The position numbers and the translations under genes were made by a program. Of a stretch of 64,000 nt of DNA, positions 18,140 through 27,635 are shown piece by piece. The notes below the pieces were generated by a model, which made no database searches, had not been told where the DNA came from, and worked only from the letters and a program-made list of their open reading frames with translations. How positions within the stretch are numbered: the first letter of the stretch is position 1; every line of letters starts with the position of its first letter. Origin of the DNA: Minisyncoccota bacterium (GTDB taxonomy: Bacteria; Patescibacteriota; Minisyncoccia; UBA6257; JAGOQP01). The stretch covers positions 3,200 to 67,199 of the forward strand of contig JAGOQP010000006.1 of the NCBI GenBank assembly GCA_017991375.1, written 5' to 3'.

Positions 18140-19180
18140 CTATTCAACGTTTATTGGTTTGAGAGAAAGTGAAAAAACGCTCTTATATTTTTCTATATTC
18201 TCAACCGCAACACCGGTTCCACGCACCACGCACGTAAGCGGATCATCAACAAGCACTGTTTTTACCTGAAGCTCTTTTTCAATAAGTTGCGGCAACCCAC
18301 GTAATAAACTACTTCCTCCCGAAAGATACATGCCATGACGAAGAATATCACCCGAAAGTTCCGGTGGTGTCTTTTCTATAGTGTCACGGATCGCCTCAAC
18401 AATCTGCTTGAGCAACGGAAATAGCGCCATACGAACCTGCGCGTCCCTAATGAGCACTTCTTTAGGAAGCCCCGTAGAAAGATCTCGTCCACTTATGGCA
18501 ATTTCAAGCTTTTCATCGGTTGGAAGCGCCGATCCGATGTCCATTTTTACTTTTTCGGCAGTCGCCTCTCCAATTGCCATTTTGAAATCCTCGCGAATCA
18601 TACGAACAATTTCATCATTGAGCCGATCTCCGGCAACTTTAAGACTGCGAGAAACCACCACGCCACCCATAGAAATAACCGCAATTTCAGTTGTTCCCCC
18701 TCCAATATCAATAACCATACTTGCGGTCGGCTCATCAATGGGAAGCCCGGCTCCGAGCACCGCGGCGATCGGTTCCTCAAGTAGATACACGCTGGATGCG
18801 CCGGAAGAAACCACCGCGTCTTCAACTGACTTGCGTTCAACTTCGGTGAGATTAGTGGGAACCGCGACCACGGCACGCACATAGTTAAAAAGAGAGCGCG
18901 TGCGTATGCGCGAGAGGAAATGTTTGAGAATCTCTTCGGTCATAATGTAATCGGAAATCACGCCATTGACTAATGGACGAATAACATCAATATTCGCGGG
19001 CGTGCGTCCAAGCATGCGCTTGGCCTCATCGCCAATCGCTTTTGTTTGCCCTGTTTTTGTGTTAACCGCGACAACGGTCGGTTGGTTGATAATAATACCC
19101 TCTCCTTTTACATATACCAATGAATTGGCGGTCCCCAGATCAACACCGATGTCGGTTCGCACTGTATCCCAAAAAGCCAT
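18140..19180 (-). CDS. mreB: Actin-like rod shape protein MreB
   Basis: DIGVDLGTANSLVYV..., with phosphate-1/2 and adenosine motifs across the full-length 346 aa. Confidence 0.9.
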   Translation of the reverse strand: MAFWDTVRTDIGVDLGTANSLVYVKGEGIIINQPTVVAVNTKTGQTKAIGDEAKRMLGRTPANIDVIRPLVNGVISDYIMTEEILKHFLSRIRTRSLFNYVRAVVAVPTNLTEVERKSVEDAVVSSGASSVYLLEEPIAAVLGAGLPIDEPTASMVIDIGGGTTEIAVISMGGVVVSRSLKVAGDRLNDEIVRMIREDFKMAIGEATAEKVKMDIGSALPTDEKLEIAISGRDLSTGLPKEVLIRDAQVRMALFPLLKQIVEAIRDTIEKTPPELSGDILRHGMYLSGGSSLLRGLPQLIEKELQVKTVLVDDPLTCVVRGTGVAVENIEKYKSVFSLSLKPINVE

Positions 19181-19212
19181 AAAATAAGTACCTACATCCC
19201 CCGCATTACTTA

Positions 19213-20469
19213 CTAACTGCTTCTACCATACTGTGTTATGTCGGAAAAATCAACTAGCGTAGGAGCATCTTGGGTGCGATATTTAACTTCAACACGATCT
19301 CCCGTTTTTGCGCTTATAACCATACGCACGGGAATACCAATAAGATCGCTTTCGGCAAATTTTTCACCCGCACTCACGTCCAAGCGATCATCAAACAAAA
19401 CCTCAACCCCGTGCTCAATAAGCGTCTCGTACACTTTGTGCGCGTGTTGCGTAATTGATTCATTCGCGTTTGCATCAGAACCATACAACGCAACCACATG
19501 AACATCGAAAGGAGCGATTGATGAGGGCCAAATAAGCCCACGATCGTCATGAAAAAGTTCCGCGCATATTCCCATAAGACGAGACACTCCCATGCCGTAA
19601 CACCCCATCAGCACCGGTTGAGAAGATCCCTCTTTGTCGGTATAACATAACTCAAATGGAGCGGAATATTTTGTCTGCAATTTAAATATATTAGCTACTT
19701 CAGACGCGCGTTGCTCAACCAAATCAGCGCTCCCACAGGAGGGACACGTTGATTGTTGGCTTATAATCTCTTTATTTACTGCCACTCGGCACGCAGAACA
19801 TATAAAAATAGTGTCCTCTCCACGCTCAAAAACAGTTTGATACTCGTGTGAATACGGCGAAAATGTTCCCCCTGAGGCAAATGTTTTATATGTCTTTTGA
19901 GCGATGCCGATATCAACAAATATGCGTTCATACGCCTGCTCCACGCGTTCATAGTACGCGTGCAAATCTTCCTCGTTAGAATGAAACGAGTAAAGATCTT
20001 TCATAATAAACTCCCTCCCACGCAGTATACCCGATTTCGCGCGCGGCTCGTCACGAAATTTTGTCTGTATCTGATAAAACCCGAGGGGAAGTTCTTGGTA
20101 TGAGAAGATTGCTTTTTGCGCGAGAGGCGTAACAATTTCTTCGTGTGTAGGTCCTAGCGCGTATTCTTTATCATCGCGCGCGGCAATCTTAAAGAGTACA
20201 TCAAGTTCGTCCCACCGTTTTGTTTTTTGCCAATTTTCTTTTGGGTGGAGCATCGGCATCACTATTTCATGCGCGCCAAGATTATCCATATGTTTTTTGA
20301 TGACACGCTCGATTTTTTTGATAACGCGAAGCCCAAGCGGCAAATAGGTATACACTCCAGCCATCAATTTATCAATAAACCCAGCGCGCACAAGGATTTG
20401 CGCGTTATATGCCTCTTCGTCCTTTGGAAATTCTTTTTTTATAAACCGAGGAAGTGTGGACTGTAACAT
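19213..20469 (-). CDS. proS: Prolyl-tRNA synthetase, compact form lacking the INS editing domain
   Basis: The N-terminus aligns with E. coli ProS (ILVRAGFIDKLMAGVYTYLPLGLRV). Motif 2 FRDEPRAKSGILRGREFIMKDLYSFH. Only 418 aa. Confidence 0.85.
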   Translation of the reverse strand: MLQSTLPRFIKKEFPKDEEAYNAQILVRAGFIDKLMAGVYTYLPLGLRVIKKIERVIKKHMDNLGAHEIVMPMLHPKENWQKTKRWDELDVLFKIAARDDKEYALGPTHEEIVTPLAQKAIFSYQELPLGFYQIQTKFRDEPRAKSGILRGREFIMKDLYSFHSNEEDLHAYYERVEQAYERIFVDIGIAQKTYKTFASGGTFSPYSHEYQTVFERGEDTIFICSACRVAVNKEIISQQSTCPSCGSADLVEQRASEVANIFKLQTKYSAPFELCYTDKEGSSQPVLMGCYGMGVSRLMGICAELFHDDRGLIWPSSIAPFDVHVVALYGSDANANESITQHAHKVYETLIEHGVEVLFDDRLDVSAGEKFAESDLIGIPVRMVISAKTGDRVEVKYRTQDAPTLVDFSDITQYGRSS

Positions 20470-20520
20470 AGGGATAGATATTATATGGCTTTAGAATAGC
20501 ACACTATTTCACAAAAAAAA

Positions 20521-20548
20521 GACCCCAAGGCACGAATGCCAAGGGGTT
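20521..20548 (-). terminator. Hairpin terminator of gene A' with a central TT-TT mismatch and UUCG loop
   Basis: Minus strand: CCCCTTGGCA-ttcg-TGCCTTGGGG followed by TCTTTTTTTT. Confidence 0.55.
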
Positions 20549-20568
20549 ATGAAAACAAAACCAAAGAA

Positions 20569-21072
20569 TCAACGAGGATTACGAGAGAAAACCTGAGAGT
20601 CAGCGTCGTAACTCAAAAGACAAGACAACGACCTAGATTCGATACCCCAAAAATCGCCGCCCCAGTAAAGGAAAACCGAACAGAGTTCGCCATAAATATC
20701 ACGAACATAGAATATGTTGAAGTGTCCATTAGTCAGAAGAATACCACCTTGCCCACGCCCCTGGGACACAAGAAATTTATTGATCTTAAAAAGAGTCGTT
20801 TCGATTCCATCTTCGCCACCTAACTCAGAGACAATAGGGGCATCACAAGAAGCTCTCGTGAGAGTAAAGATTGAGAGATTGTGATCTTCTGACATCTCCT
20901 CCACTTTGGGCAGAAAATGCTCAGTAAAATGAGGCCCAATCCACCCAATGAGAACGGGTTCATGTTCCGATTCATAAAGACGAAAGTGACGAATGGCGAT
21001 AAAGTTGGCTGGACTTTGAATCTTGATAGCGCCAATGGGTTCAAGAAGACGGATTACCGAGTTTTTATCCAT
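20569..21072 (-). CDS. Hypothetical protein, family A' (paralog of 14383-15009)
   Basis: 167 aa. Its own promoter is TTGACT-18 nt-TATTAT (21137-21166) with a related leader gaacgcacattaactaaaag. Confidence 0.7.
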   Translation of the reverse strand: MDKNSVIRLLEPIGAIKIQSPANFIAIRHFRLYESEHEPVLIGWIGPHFTEHFLPKVEEMSEDHNLSIFTLTRASCDAPIVSELGGEDGIETTLFKINKFLVSQGRGQGGILLTNGHFNIFYVRDIYGELCSVFLYWGGDFWGIESRSLSCLLSYDADSQVFSRNPR

Positions 21073-21136
21073 TGCGCCCCCCTTTTCTTCCGATGATTCA
21101 TCGGATTCTTTTAGTTAATGTGCGTTCTACAATCAT

Positions 21137-21166
21137 ATAATATCACACATCATACCATTCAGTCAA
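21137..21166 (-). promoter_or_regulatory. Promoter of gene A' (same -35/18-nt/-10 architecture as the conserved promoter family)
   Basis: TTGACT (21161-21166) and TATTAT (21137-21142) with an 18-nt spacer. Confidence 0.5.
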
Positions 21167-21233
21167 GATTAAGCGGTAATGTGTTTATATAAGTTCATCT
21201 CCCTGTTATTGATCGTTAGTGGTTAGTCATCAG

Positions 21234-22277
21234 TTAAAGTAGTTTAACCACATCTTTCACTGTCACCACTAACATCAACAAAAGCAACAAGCCAAACCCA
21301 ACGCCGTTAACAATTTGCTGTACCTGGGTACTCACTGGAGATCCTTTTATTTTTTCGGCAATCAAGAAAATAATGCGCCCTCCATCCAACGCTGGGAATG
21401 GAAATATATTAATGGCCGCTAAATTGAGTGAGATGAGCGCTACCAAATTGAGCACATACAAGAACCCAAGCCCTGCCGCCTGTGATGTTGCTTTAAAAAT
21501 TCCAATGGGTCCAGATACCTGCCCCCATAAGCTTTCGCCCCCAAAAATACTAGCAACAAGCTTAAAAAGCATCACATAAATAAAACTAAAAATGCGCCCG
21601 GCTGATTTAAGCGCCTCCCAGAGAGCGGACGGTATAGACATTCGTTCAACTCCACCATTTGAGAGCGCAACCCCTAAAGCCCCCTCTCCGATTGGAGGAT
21701 TTTCACGCGGAACGACCACTATATCCTTTTTTTCGCCGCTATGACGAAGAGAGAGTGCGATTTCTTTCCCTTTGTGTTGATTGATATACGAAACAAATTG
21801 ATCCACTTCTTGATGCTCAAGAATGATATCACCCGCCTCAATACCCACCTGCGCGGCGGGGGATCCAGGCGCAACATCGGTAACAACAATGGATGGCTCG
21901 CTCCCTACCATAAAAATTATTGAAAGCAGTGCCCACCCAAGAACAAAGTTCATCGCTACGCCAGCAAAAAGTACGAGCGCTCTTTGCCATATCGGTCGAG
22001 CCGCAAAGTTTTGTGGTGCGCCAATAGATTCGTTATTTTGAATTATTTCAGAGCTCTGTCCGTCTTCCCCTGCAATCTTTACAAATCCTCCCAAAGGAAT
22101 CGCGTTAATGCTCCACAAGACACCGTTTTTCATCCACCCTTTTATGCGCGGAGGGAATCCAAACCCAAATTCTTCAACGCGCATATTACTCAGACGAGCA
22201 ACGACAAAATGCCCGAATTCATGCACGAGCACCAGCACCGCCAATACGGCTAAAAAAATGATGACGTCTATAATCAT
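21234..22277 (-). CDS. rseP: Site-2 protease RseP (M50 zinc metalloprotease with PDZ domain)
   Basis: HEFGHF (HExxH) in TM1, a PDZ-like middle region, and a C-terminal LDGG motif. Confidence 0.85.
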   Translation of the reverse strand: MIIDVIIFLAVLAVLVLVHEFGHFVVARLSNMRVEEFGFGFPPRIKGWMKNGVLWSINAIPLGGFVKIAGEDGQSSEIIQNNESIGAPQNFAARPIWQRALVLFAGVAMNFVLGWALLSIIFMVGSEPSIVVTDVAPGSPAAQVGIEAGDIILEHQEVDQFVSYINQHKGKEIALSLRHSGEKKDIVVVPRENPPIGEGALGVALSNGGVERMSIPSALWEALKSAGRIFSFIYVMLFKLVASIFGGESLWGQVSGPIGIFKATSQAAGLGFLYVLNLVALISLNLAAINIFPFPALDGGRIIFLIAEKIKGSPVSTQVQQIVNGVGFGLLLLLMLVVTVKDVVKLL

Positions 22278-22440
22278 ATAAGTTGGATGTAAAACAATAA
22301 ACGTGGAACGGACAATAAACTGAGACTAACGACCGAAGATTGTTTCCCTGTCTCTGATCAAGAATTAATGGCTAAGGATTATTATTTTATTCCATTGTTG
22401 GTCGTAAGTTGTGAGTTGTTAGTTGGCGCATTCGTAGCCA

Positions 22441-22470
22441 TTCGTATCATTCGTACGTATTAGCATATTA
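22441..22470 (-). promoter_or_regulatory. Three direct ATTCGTA/TACGAA repeats at about 10-bp spacing upstream of rseP
   Basis: ttcgtagcca ttcgtatcat tcgtacgtat. A similar TTCGTAT cluster lies at 61788-61830 upstream of ybeY. Confidence 0.3.
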
Positions 22471-22497
22471 GCATCATGAAACATTTTTATCTTCTCC

Positions 22498-23046
22498 CTA
22501 TTCGTTTATCTCCACTATCTTTTTCTCCAAAAGCGCGTCAACCGATGCGTTAAATCCGTCTATGGATTTTTGCATATCTTCTCCTATCTTAAAATGCTCA
22601 TCTTCAGTAATGGAACCACTTTTTTGCTCTTCGGCGAGTTCTTTTTTTAACTCATCGCGCGTGGTACGAGACCTGATGCGCGTGTCTTCAACTTTTGATT
22701 TTACTAATTTAATAATTTCATCTCGCCGTTCTTGAGAAAGAGAAGGGAGATTCACATGAATAGTTGTTCCATCAGCAGCCGCTTGAACACTTAGTTTTTC
22801 TGAGATGGCATTGCACACCGCGTTGATAATTGATTTATCCCAAATGCTTATCTGAATTTCTCGCGGTGGAACAATAGAAATCGTTCCCAGTTGTTTAATC
22901 GCCATTCGTTGTCCATAACAATCAACAGTAATATCCTCAACGAGTGCGGCAGTTGGCCGAGATCCACGAATAGCTCCTAATTCGCCTTTGAGCGCGTTAG
23001 CAATATCATCTAGCTGTTTTTGTAATTTTTGTGAAATAGTATGCAT
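22498..23046 (-). CDS. frr: Ribosome recycling factor
   Basis: Aligns to RRF over 183 aa (…VEDITVDCYGQRMAIKQLGTISIVPP…LPSLSQERRDEIIKLVK…). Start trimmed to MHTISQ. Confidence 0.85.
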   Translation of the reverse strand: MHTISQKLQKQLDDIANALKGELGAIRGSRPTAALVEDITVDCYGQRMAIKQLGTISIVPPREIQISIWDKSIINAVCNAISEKLSVQAAADGTTIHVNLPSLSQERRDEIIKLVKSKVEDTRIRSRTTRDELKKELAEEQKSGSITEDEHFKIGEDMQKSIDGFNASVDALLEKKIVEINE

Positions 23047-23096
23047 AGGTAGTATCCCAATTCTACTGTATTTATCCCCCACGCGCAAACAAAAAA

Positions 23097-23138
23097 GGGA
23101 CCAAGGATTCACGTGTGGGACACGGGAATCCAAGGTCC
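23097..23138 (-). terminator. Hairpin terminator of gene B; GGACCTTGG...CCTTGGTCC type with a central TT-TT mismatch
   Basis: Minus strand: GGACCTTGGATTC-ccgtgtcccacacgt-GAATCCTTGGTCCC followed by TTTTTTG. Same architecture as the hairpin after the DGR VR. Confidence 0.55.
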
Positions 23139-23161
23139 TACCTATCAGCGAGTGAAGTGTG

Positions 23162-23791
23162 CTACTTGCCAGAGACCGCCAAACGCCTGTTCCGACCGAG
23201 ACAGTTATTCACCTTTTGCCAATATAGATGCCAACCCTTGTCGCTTTGGTCCAGATACGGATAGTAACGGTGGCCACCCTTGCCGAAGACGATGAGCCCC
23301 GGACCATCGATGCAGATCTTCCCCCGTAACCCCATGATGGCAGGAAATTCGTTCTGGTGATCTACCAGCCACATAAGGTGCTGATAGCCAAGCATCTGAC
23401 CGGCAAGAGGAGAACGGCGACGTTCGTACTCGAAGCCGTTAACAAACTCCTCTTCTGAACGAAGCACTGTCCCGAGGATGAGCGTGAGAGCATCAACGGG
23501 CGAGGTGTCGCTCTCGATGCCCCTATTCCAGGAAAACTTCACCTTGAGGTCGGCGAGAATGGGTCGTGGGAGGGCGGGGATGGGAATGGAAAGTGGTTCC
23601 AGTTGGCGAAAAAAATAGCCACTTTCGCTCACCCGAAAACCCCCTCGGATGAAGAGGGAGAATTCTCTCCCCGTCTGTTTGGGATTGACAATACCGACCT
23701 GAACCTGCTCAATCGATAGCTGGCTCCAGTCGGTGTTGGCGGCCAAAGCCGCCAACAAGGTAAACACCTGTTCATTACTCGGACAAGGCAT
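23162..23791 (-). CDS. Hypothetical protein B (Trp/Tyr-rich C-terminus); member of the conserved-promoter gene set
   Basis: Start trimmed to MPCPSNE, with GGGGGAG RBS. It ends ...GCAAG-TAG, like the DGR target gene. C-terminus GWHLYWQKVNNCLGRNRRLAVSGK. Confidence 0.6.
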   Translation of the reverse strand: MPCPSNEQVFTLLAALAANTDWSQLSIEQVQVGIVNPKQTGREFSLFIRGGFRVSESGYFFRQLEPLSIPIPALPRPILADLKVKFSWNRGIESDTSPVDALTLILGTVLRSEEEFVNGFEYERRRSPLAGQMLGYQHLMWLVDHQNEFPAIMGLRGKICIDGPGLIVFGKGGHRYYPYLDQSDKGWHLYWQKVNNCLGRNRRLAVSGK

Positions 23792-23925
23792 AATTTTCTC
23801 CCCCACGGCGGACTTTAACGCTCATGCTTTATTGCAGAACGTTTCCTCTTCGCCGCAGTATTTAGAACACAAAACAATTATGTCCTAAGCACTGCGGCAA
23901 GTATCACAACTAATACCCAAGCAGT

Positions 23926-23982
23926 ATTTTAGTGTGCATTACGTCTAATTTTTATACCACATATTATAGTAGTAGGTCAAGA
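23926..23982 (-). promoter_or_regulatory. Conserved near-consensus promoter plus leader, copy 2 (drives gene B)
   Basis: TTGACC (23975-23980), spacer aaatagcataatatgtgg, TATAAA (23951-23956), leader attagacgtaatgcacactaaaatac. Confidence 0.65.
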
Positions 23983-24010
23983 TTTGATGAGTCGACGTGT
24001 TTATTATAAA

Positions 24011-24043
24011 CAACCAACCCCGACGTTACGTCGGGGTTGGTTG
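24011..24043 (-). terminator. Rho-independent terminator of the BNR-repeat gene
   Basis: Perfect 14-bp stem AACCAACCCCGACG-tta-CGTCGGGGTTGGTT. It is related to the 9760-9787 hairpin. Confidence 0.55.
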
Positions 24044-24107
24044 TCCTTGATGCTATGTAATAAATTATCCGTTGTTGGTTGTGTGTTGTCAGTTGTAAGT
24101 CAACGCT

Positions 24108-25199
24108 CTACATAGACAAGATCGCTCGCCCACCAATAAAGAAGAAATGATTGATACGCATTGAGTTGTTGAGCTCGGTAATAGTCCAGTTGGTTCCCCC
24201 ATCGGTGCTACGATACATTTTTGTTCCAGAAACCGCGTACAACACACCACGCGAAACCCCAAATGCGTCTATGCGCGTTTTTTGAATAGGAATATGTTTG
24301 AGCAACGCGTATGATGATCCATTGTTATAACTGACCCATATACCTTGAGCATTAAGTGAGTAGATAGTGCCATCGCTGTCAATGTGAATCGCGCTCACCT
24401 TTGGCGCAAAGAGAAATCCTCCTCCAGGAGCTGCTAGTTTTTTAAACGGTTTTTCCAAATGTGTTCCATACATAACAGAGCCGGACTTAAGAAGCAAGAA
24501 GAAGGTCCCCGTGGGCGACTGCTTGATCGCGATAATGGGAGACGAGAGCACATTTACCACACGAGATTCTTTGGTTGCCAAATGGTAATGAATTAGCTGA
24601 CCATTTGAAACGGCAATATACAAACTGTTTCCACTGCGGTACATATCGTAGGCGGCCTCGTTGTCAAACGAAATAAGTGGATCCAAATGAAAGAAGTAAT
24701 CCCACGTACGATACACATACCCCTTAGTACCATCAAACACGGAAATAAAGTAGTCCTCGCCATTTCCCGATGCGGGAAGCACCTTAAATACCATCGATGA
24801 GGAATTTATCTCGTTGTTCGAAGAGGTAAAACGATTCCAGGTAAGTCCTCCATCACGACTCAAAAACAATCCACGATCGGTTGAAGCATACAATTGGTTC
24901 TCGCGAAGATTCCCATCAACATCAAACACTTTAAGTGGCGCCGAGTCATCGACAATAACTTGATGAATGTTTTTAAAATGATCAAATGAAATCAGAAATT
25001 GCCCCACCGAACTTGACCAGTCAGTTTCAACCGCGGCCAGCGCCGACGCAAAAAGACCACCGCCATCAAACATATCGGCTAGTGGATTATCAATAGAGAT
25101 TCCTAAGTACGACGCGCCAAAAAAGATGACCACCGCGGCGGCGCACAGGACAAGAATAAATATAAGTAGATCGTCCATAGTATGATATATAACAACCAT
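24108..25199 (-). CDS. Membrane-anchored BNR/Asp-box repeat beta-propeller protein (Ycf48-like)
   Basis: N-terminal TM. Repeated S-x-D-x-G-x-T-W motifs (STDRGLFLSRDGGLTW and STDGGTNW). Confidence 0.6.
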   Translation of the reverse strand: MVVIYHTMDDLLIFILVLCAAAVVIFFGASYLGISIDNPLADMFDGGGLFASALAAVETDWSSSVGQFLISFDHFKNIHQVIVDDSAPLKVFDVDGNLRENQLYASTDRGLFLSRDGGLTWNRFTSSNNEINSSSMVFKVLPASGNGEDYFISVFDGTKGYVYRTWDYFFHLDPLISFDNEAAYDMYRSGNSLYIAVSNGQLIHYHLATKESRVVNVLSSPIIAIKQSPTGTFFLLLKSGSVMYGTHLEKPFKKLAAPGGGFLFAPKVSAIHIDSDGTIYSLNAQGIWVSYNNGSSYALLKHIPIQKTRIDAFGVSRGVLYAVSGTKMYRSTDGGTNWTITELNNSMRINHFFFIGGRAILSM

Positions 25200-25261
25200 A
25201 GAACAAAAATCCTCTTTGCGAAGTTATCATTACTGAAAGAATAAACTGTATGGTAGCAATA

Positions 25262-26200
25262 CTAGCCACGCGGACGAGTCATATCCCACAGCAATGAGCG
25301 TAACGCGAGTCGCTTATTAACCGGCGTGGTAGCAAGAAGCGACCACGTCTTACACAAAGCGCCCAATTCCCGCGCGTGCTCTATCGGATGCGCGCACAAC
25401 TGAGATATAAGAACTTCCATCCATCCAAAAATACTTGACGGACGAACATGTTCATATTCCAGAAGATCATCGATAACACTTTCAATGGCGTCTGCCGAAG
25501 AAAGAGTGCCACGTACAACTCGTTGCGCAAGCGTTTCAAGGCGACTATGTGATTCGCGTTGTCTTTTTGTTGTATGGTTCTCTAAAAATGAAATCGCTCT
25601 CCCAATACAACCAGCCGATTGATTCGCGCAAAGCTGTACCGTAGGTGCGTCTATTATATCATATTTGGACAAAAAGTCAAGTATTTGCGTGTCAGAAAGC
25701 GGCCCCATATGGATCTTCAAAAAACGTGAAGAAATAGTGGGTAAAATCGCGCTTGGATCGCTTGCGGTGGCAATAATAAGGGCATGATCTGGCGGTTCCT
25801 CTAGGGTTTTTAAGAGAGCGTTTTGAGCAATGGTATTTAAACGATGGATGTCCCGAATAAGGGCTACTCGATAGGGAGAGGCAACGGGGTGTTGGTATAA
25901 AAACCGCTCAAGCTCTCGAATCGCATCTATACCAGAAACACCAGCATCCTCCCCTTCTTCGTGAGCATCATTACCGGCACACACGATGTGTGTCTCAGAA
26001 AGAGTAACATTTGGTTTTTCAAACACCGATCGTTCAAGATAGTGCGCTAACGATTGCGCGAGTAAAAATTTTCCCGCTCCATCGGGACCAAACAAAAGAT
26101 ACGCGTGTGAAAACTCTCGCGCATCCGCAAGTCGTTTGAAATCAGACACTAGTGAGTCGTAACCGTACATAATTGACCAACAACCAACAACAAACAACAA
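25262..26200 (-). CDS. holB: DNA polymerase III delta' subunit
   Basis: HAYLLFGPDGAGK clamp-loader P-loop-like motif; SRF-like motif TISSRF. The start may be at 26170 (MYGYD). Confidence 0.75.
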   Translation of the reverse strand: MLFVVGCWSIMYGYDSLVSDFKRLADAREFSHAYLLFGPDGAGKFLLAQSLAHYLERSVFEKPNVTLSETHIVCAGNDAHEEGEDAGVSGIDAIRELERFLYQHPVASPYRVALIRDIHRLNTIAQNALLKTLEEPPDHALIIATASDPSAILPTISSRFLKIHMGPLSDTQILDFLSKYDIIDAPTVQLCANQSAGCIGRAISFLENHTTKRQRESHSRLETLAQRVVRGTLSSADAIESVIDDLLEYEHVRPSSIFGWMEVLISQLCAHPIEHARELGALCKTWSLLATTPVNKRLALRSLLWDMTRPRG

Positions 26201-26316
26201 ACGATTTAATGAGCTTCATTTACCCTCATTCGGGTCTGATCCTGAGGACTCATCCCTCAGAGTCTAAGACAAAGCAAACAACAAATTGTCGTAAGTTGTG
26301 GGTTGTTAGTTGTATG

Positions 26317-27327
26317 TTATTTCTTGTTAAGCAACGTGCGTTTGTAGACATCTAAGTGGCTGAGAATAAGTCCGGTGCCCTTAGCGACACAAAAAAGCGG
26401 CTCTTCGGCGACATACGCATTTACCCCAAGTGTGCGTTTTAAAAACGCGGGCAAGTTTTCTATATGAGCACCCCCACCCGAGAGAATAACCCCTTTTTCC
26501 ATAATATCGGCAACAAGCTCAGGGGGTGTTTGATTAAATACTTGCTGAATAGCTGAAGCAATCTCCACTAATTGCGGATGGAGCGCTTCGGCAATTTCAT
26601 TTGAAGTAATCATGAGATCGCGTGGTAAACCAGACGTCACATCGCGTCCGCGCACATGATGTTCTTTCTTTGAGCGAGTTGAAATAGCCGAACTAATGGC
26701 AATTTTTACATTCTCGGCGGTTTGCTCTCCGATATAGAGCGAGTACTTTTTCTTGATGTATTCCGAAATCGCCTGATCAAATTTGTTTCCCGCGATACGC
26801 AAGCTCGCCCACGAAACAATGTTCCCCAACGATACCACCGCCACTTCACTTGTTCCGCCACCGATGTTGATAATCATATTTCCCGAATGCGAGTTTATAG
26901 GGATACCTGCTCCCAACGCAGCCAGTAGCGGTTCTTTGACAATGTATGCTTGTTTGGCACCTGCTTCGACCGCGGCGTTTTCAACCGCGCGTCGCTCAGT
27001 TTGCGTGATACCCGCGGGAACGGATATAACTACGTCTGGTTTGATAAACGCGTTAAACGAACCAGCCGCTTTAACAATAAAATATTTTAAAAGCGCCTTG
27101 GTAATGTAGTAGTCGGCAATCACCCCATCTTTGAGAGGTTTGTAAGCGACAATATCAGCGGGGGTTTTTCCGATCATATCCTTTGCCTCGCGTCCCACGG
27201 CAATCACTTTATTATCAGGAGCAGAAAGCGCGACCATGGTGGGTTCGTTGATAACAAATCCTCGCGAGGGAACAAAAACAACGGTGTTTGCTGTCCCGAG
27301 GTCAATACCTATTTTTTTGGTAAACAT
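26317..27327 (-). CDS. Second MreB/Mbl-family actin-like protein
   Basis: KKIGIDLGTANTVVFV... Full-length MreB fold, 336 aa, about 50% identical to the mreB at 18140-19180. Confidence 0.85.
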   Translation of the reverse strand: MFTKKIGIDLGTANTVVFVPSRGFVINEPTMVALSAPDNKVIAVGREAKDMIGKTPADIVAYKPLKDGVIADYYITKALLKYFIVKAAGSFNAFIKPDVVISVPAGITQTERRAVENAAVEAGAKQAYIVKEPLLAALGAGIPINSHSGNMIINIGGGTSEVAVVSLGNIVSWASLRIAGNKFDQAISEYIKKKYSLYIGEQTAENVKIAISSAISTRSKKEHHVRGRDVTSGLPRDLMITSNEIAEALHPQLVEIASAIQQVFNQTPPELVADIMEKGVILSGGGAHIENLPAFLKRTLGVNAYVAEEPLFCVAKGTGLILSHLDVYKRTLLNKK

Positions 27328-27635
27328 GATGGAGTAATCGTTAATCTTTGACTATTAATCGTTGACCAGAAGTGGGGGAAGGTCGTTGTATTGATTATTT
27401 ATCTTTAATCGTTAACTACTGACTGAAAGTGGCAAAAACAACCACTAATTATTAATTTGTATCCTCGTTAGATTTTAACAACAGCATGCTTCTTGAGTAA
27501 AGGATTAACAGTCAATAGTCAATGATTGTTCTTGCCATCCTACCCCCTTTTTTCACAAAAATCAAAGTTTTATGTACAAAAAGAGCCCCCCAGCATTTGC
27601 CCTTCGGTTAAGGATTAATAGTCAATGATTAATGA

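Noticed and set aside
18381-18884. 167-aa plus-strand ORF inside mreB, and similar antisense ORFs listed within secA, fusA, murA, nrdJ and ftsA
   Set aside because: Embedded antisense or alternate-frame ORFs within well-supported genes, with Ser/Thr/Ala-rich low-complexity translations.
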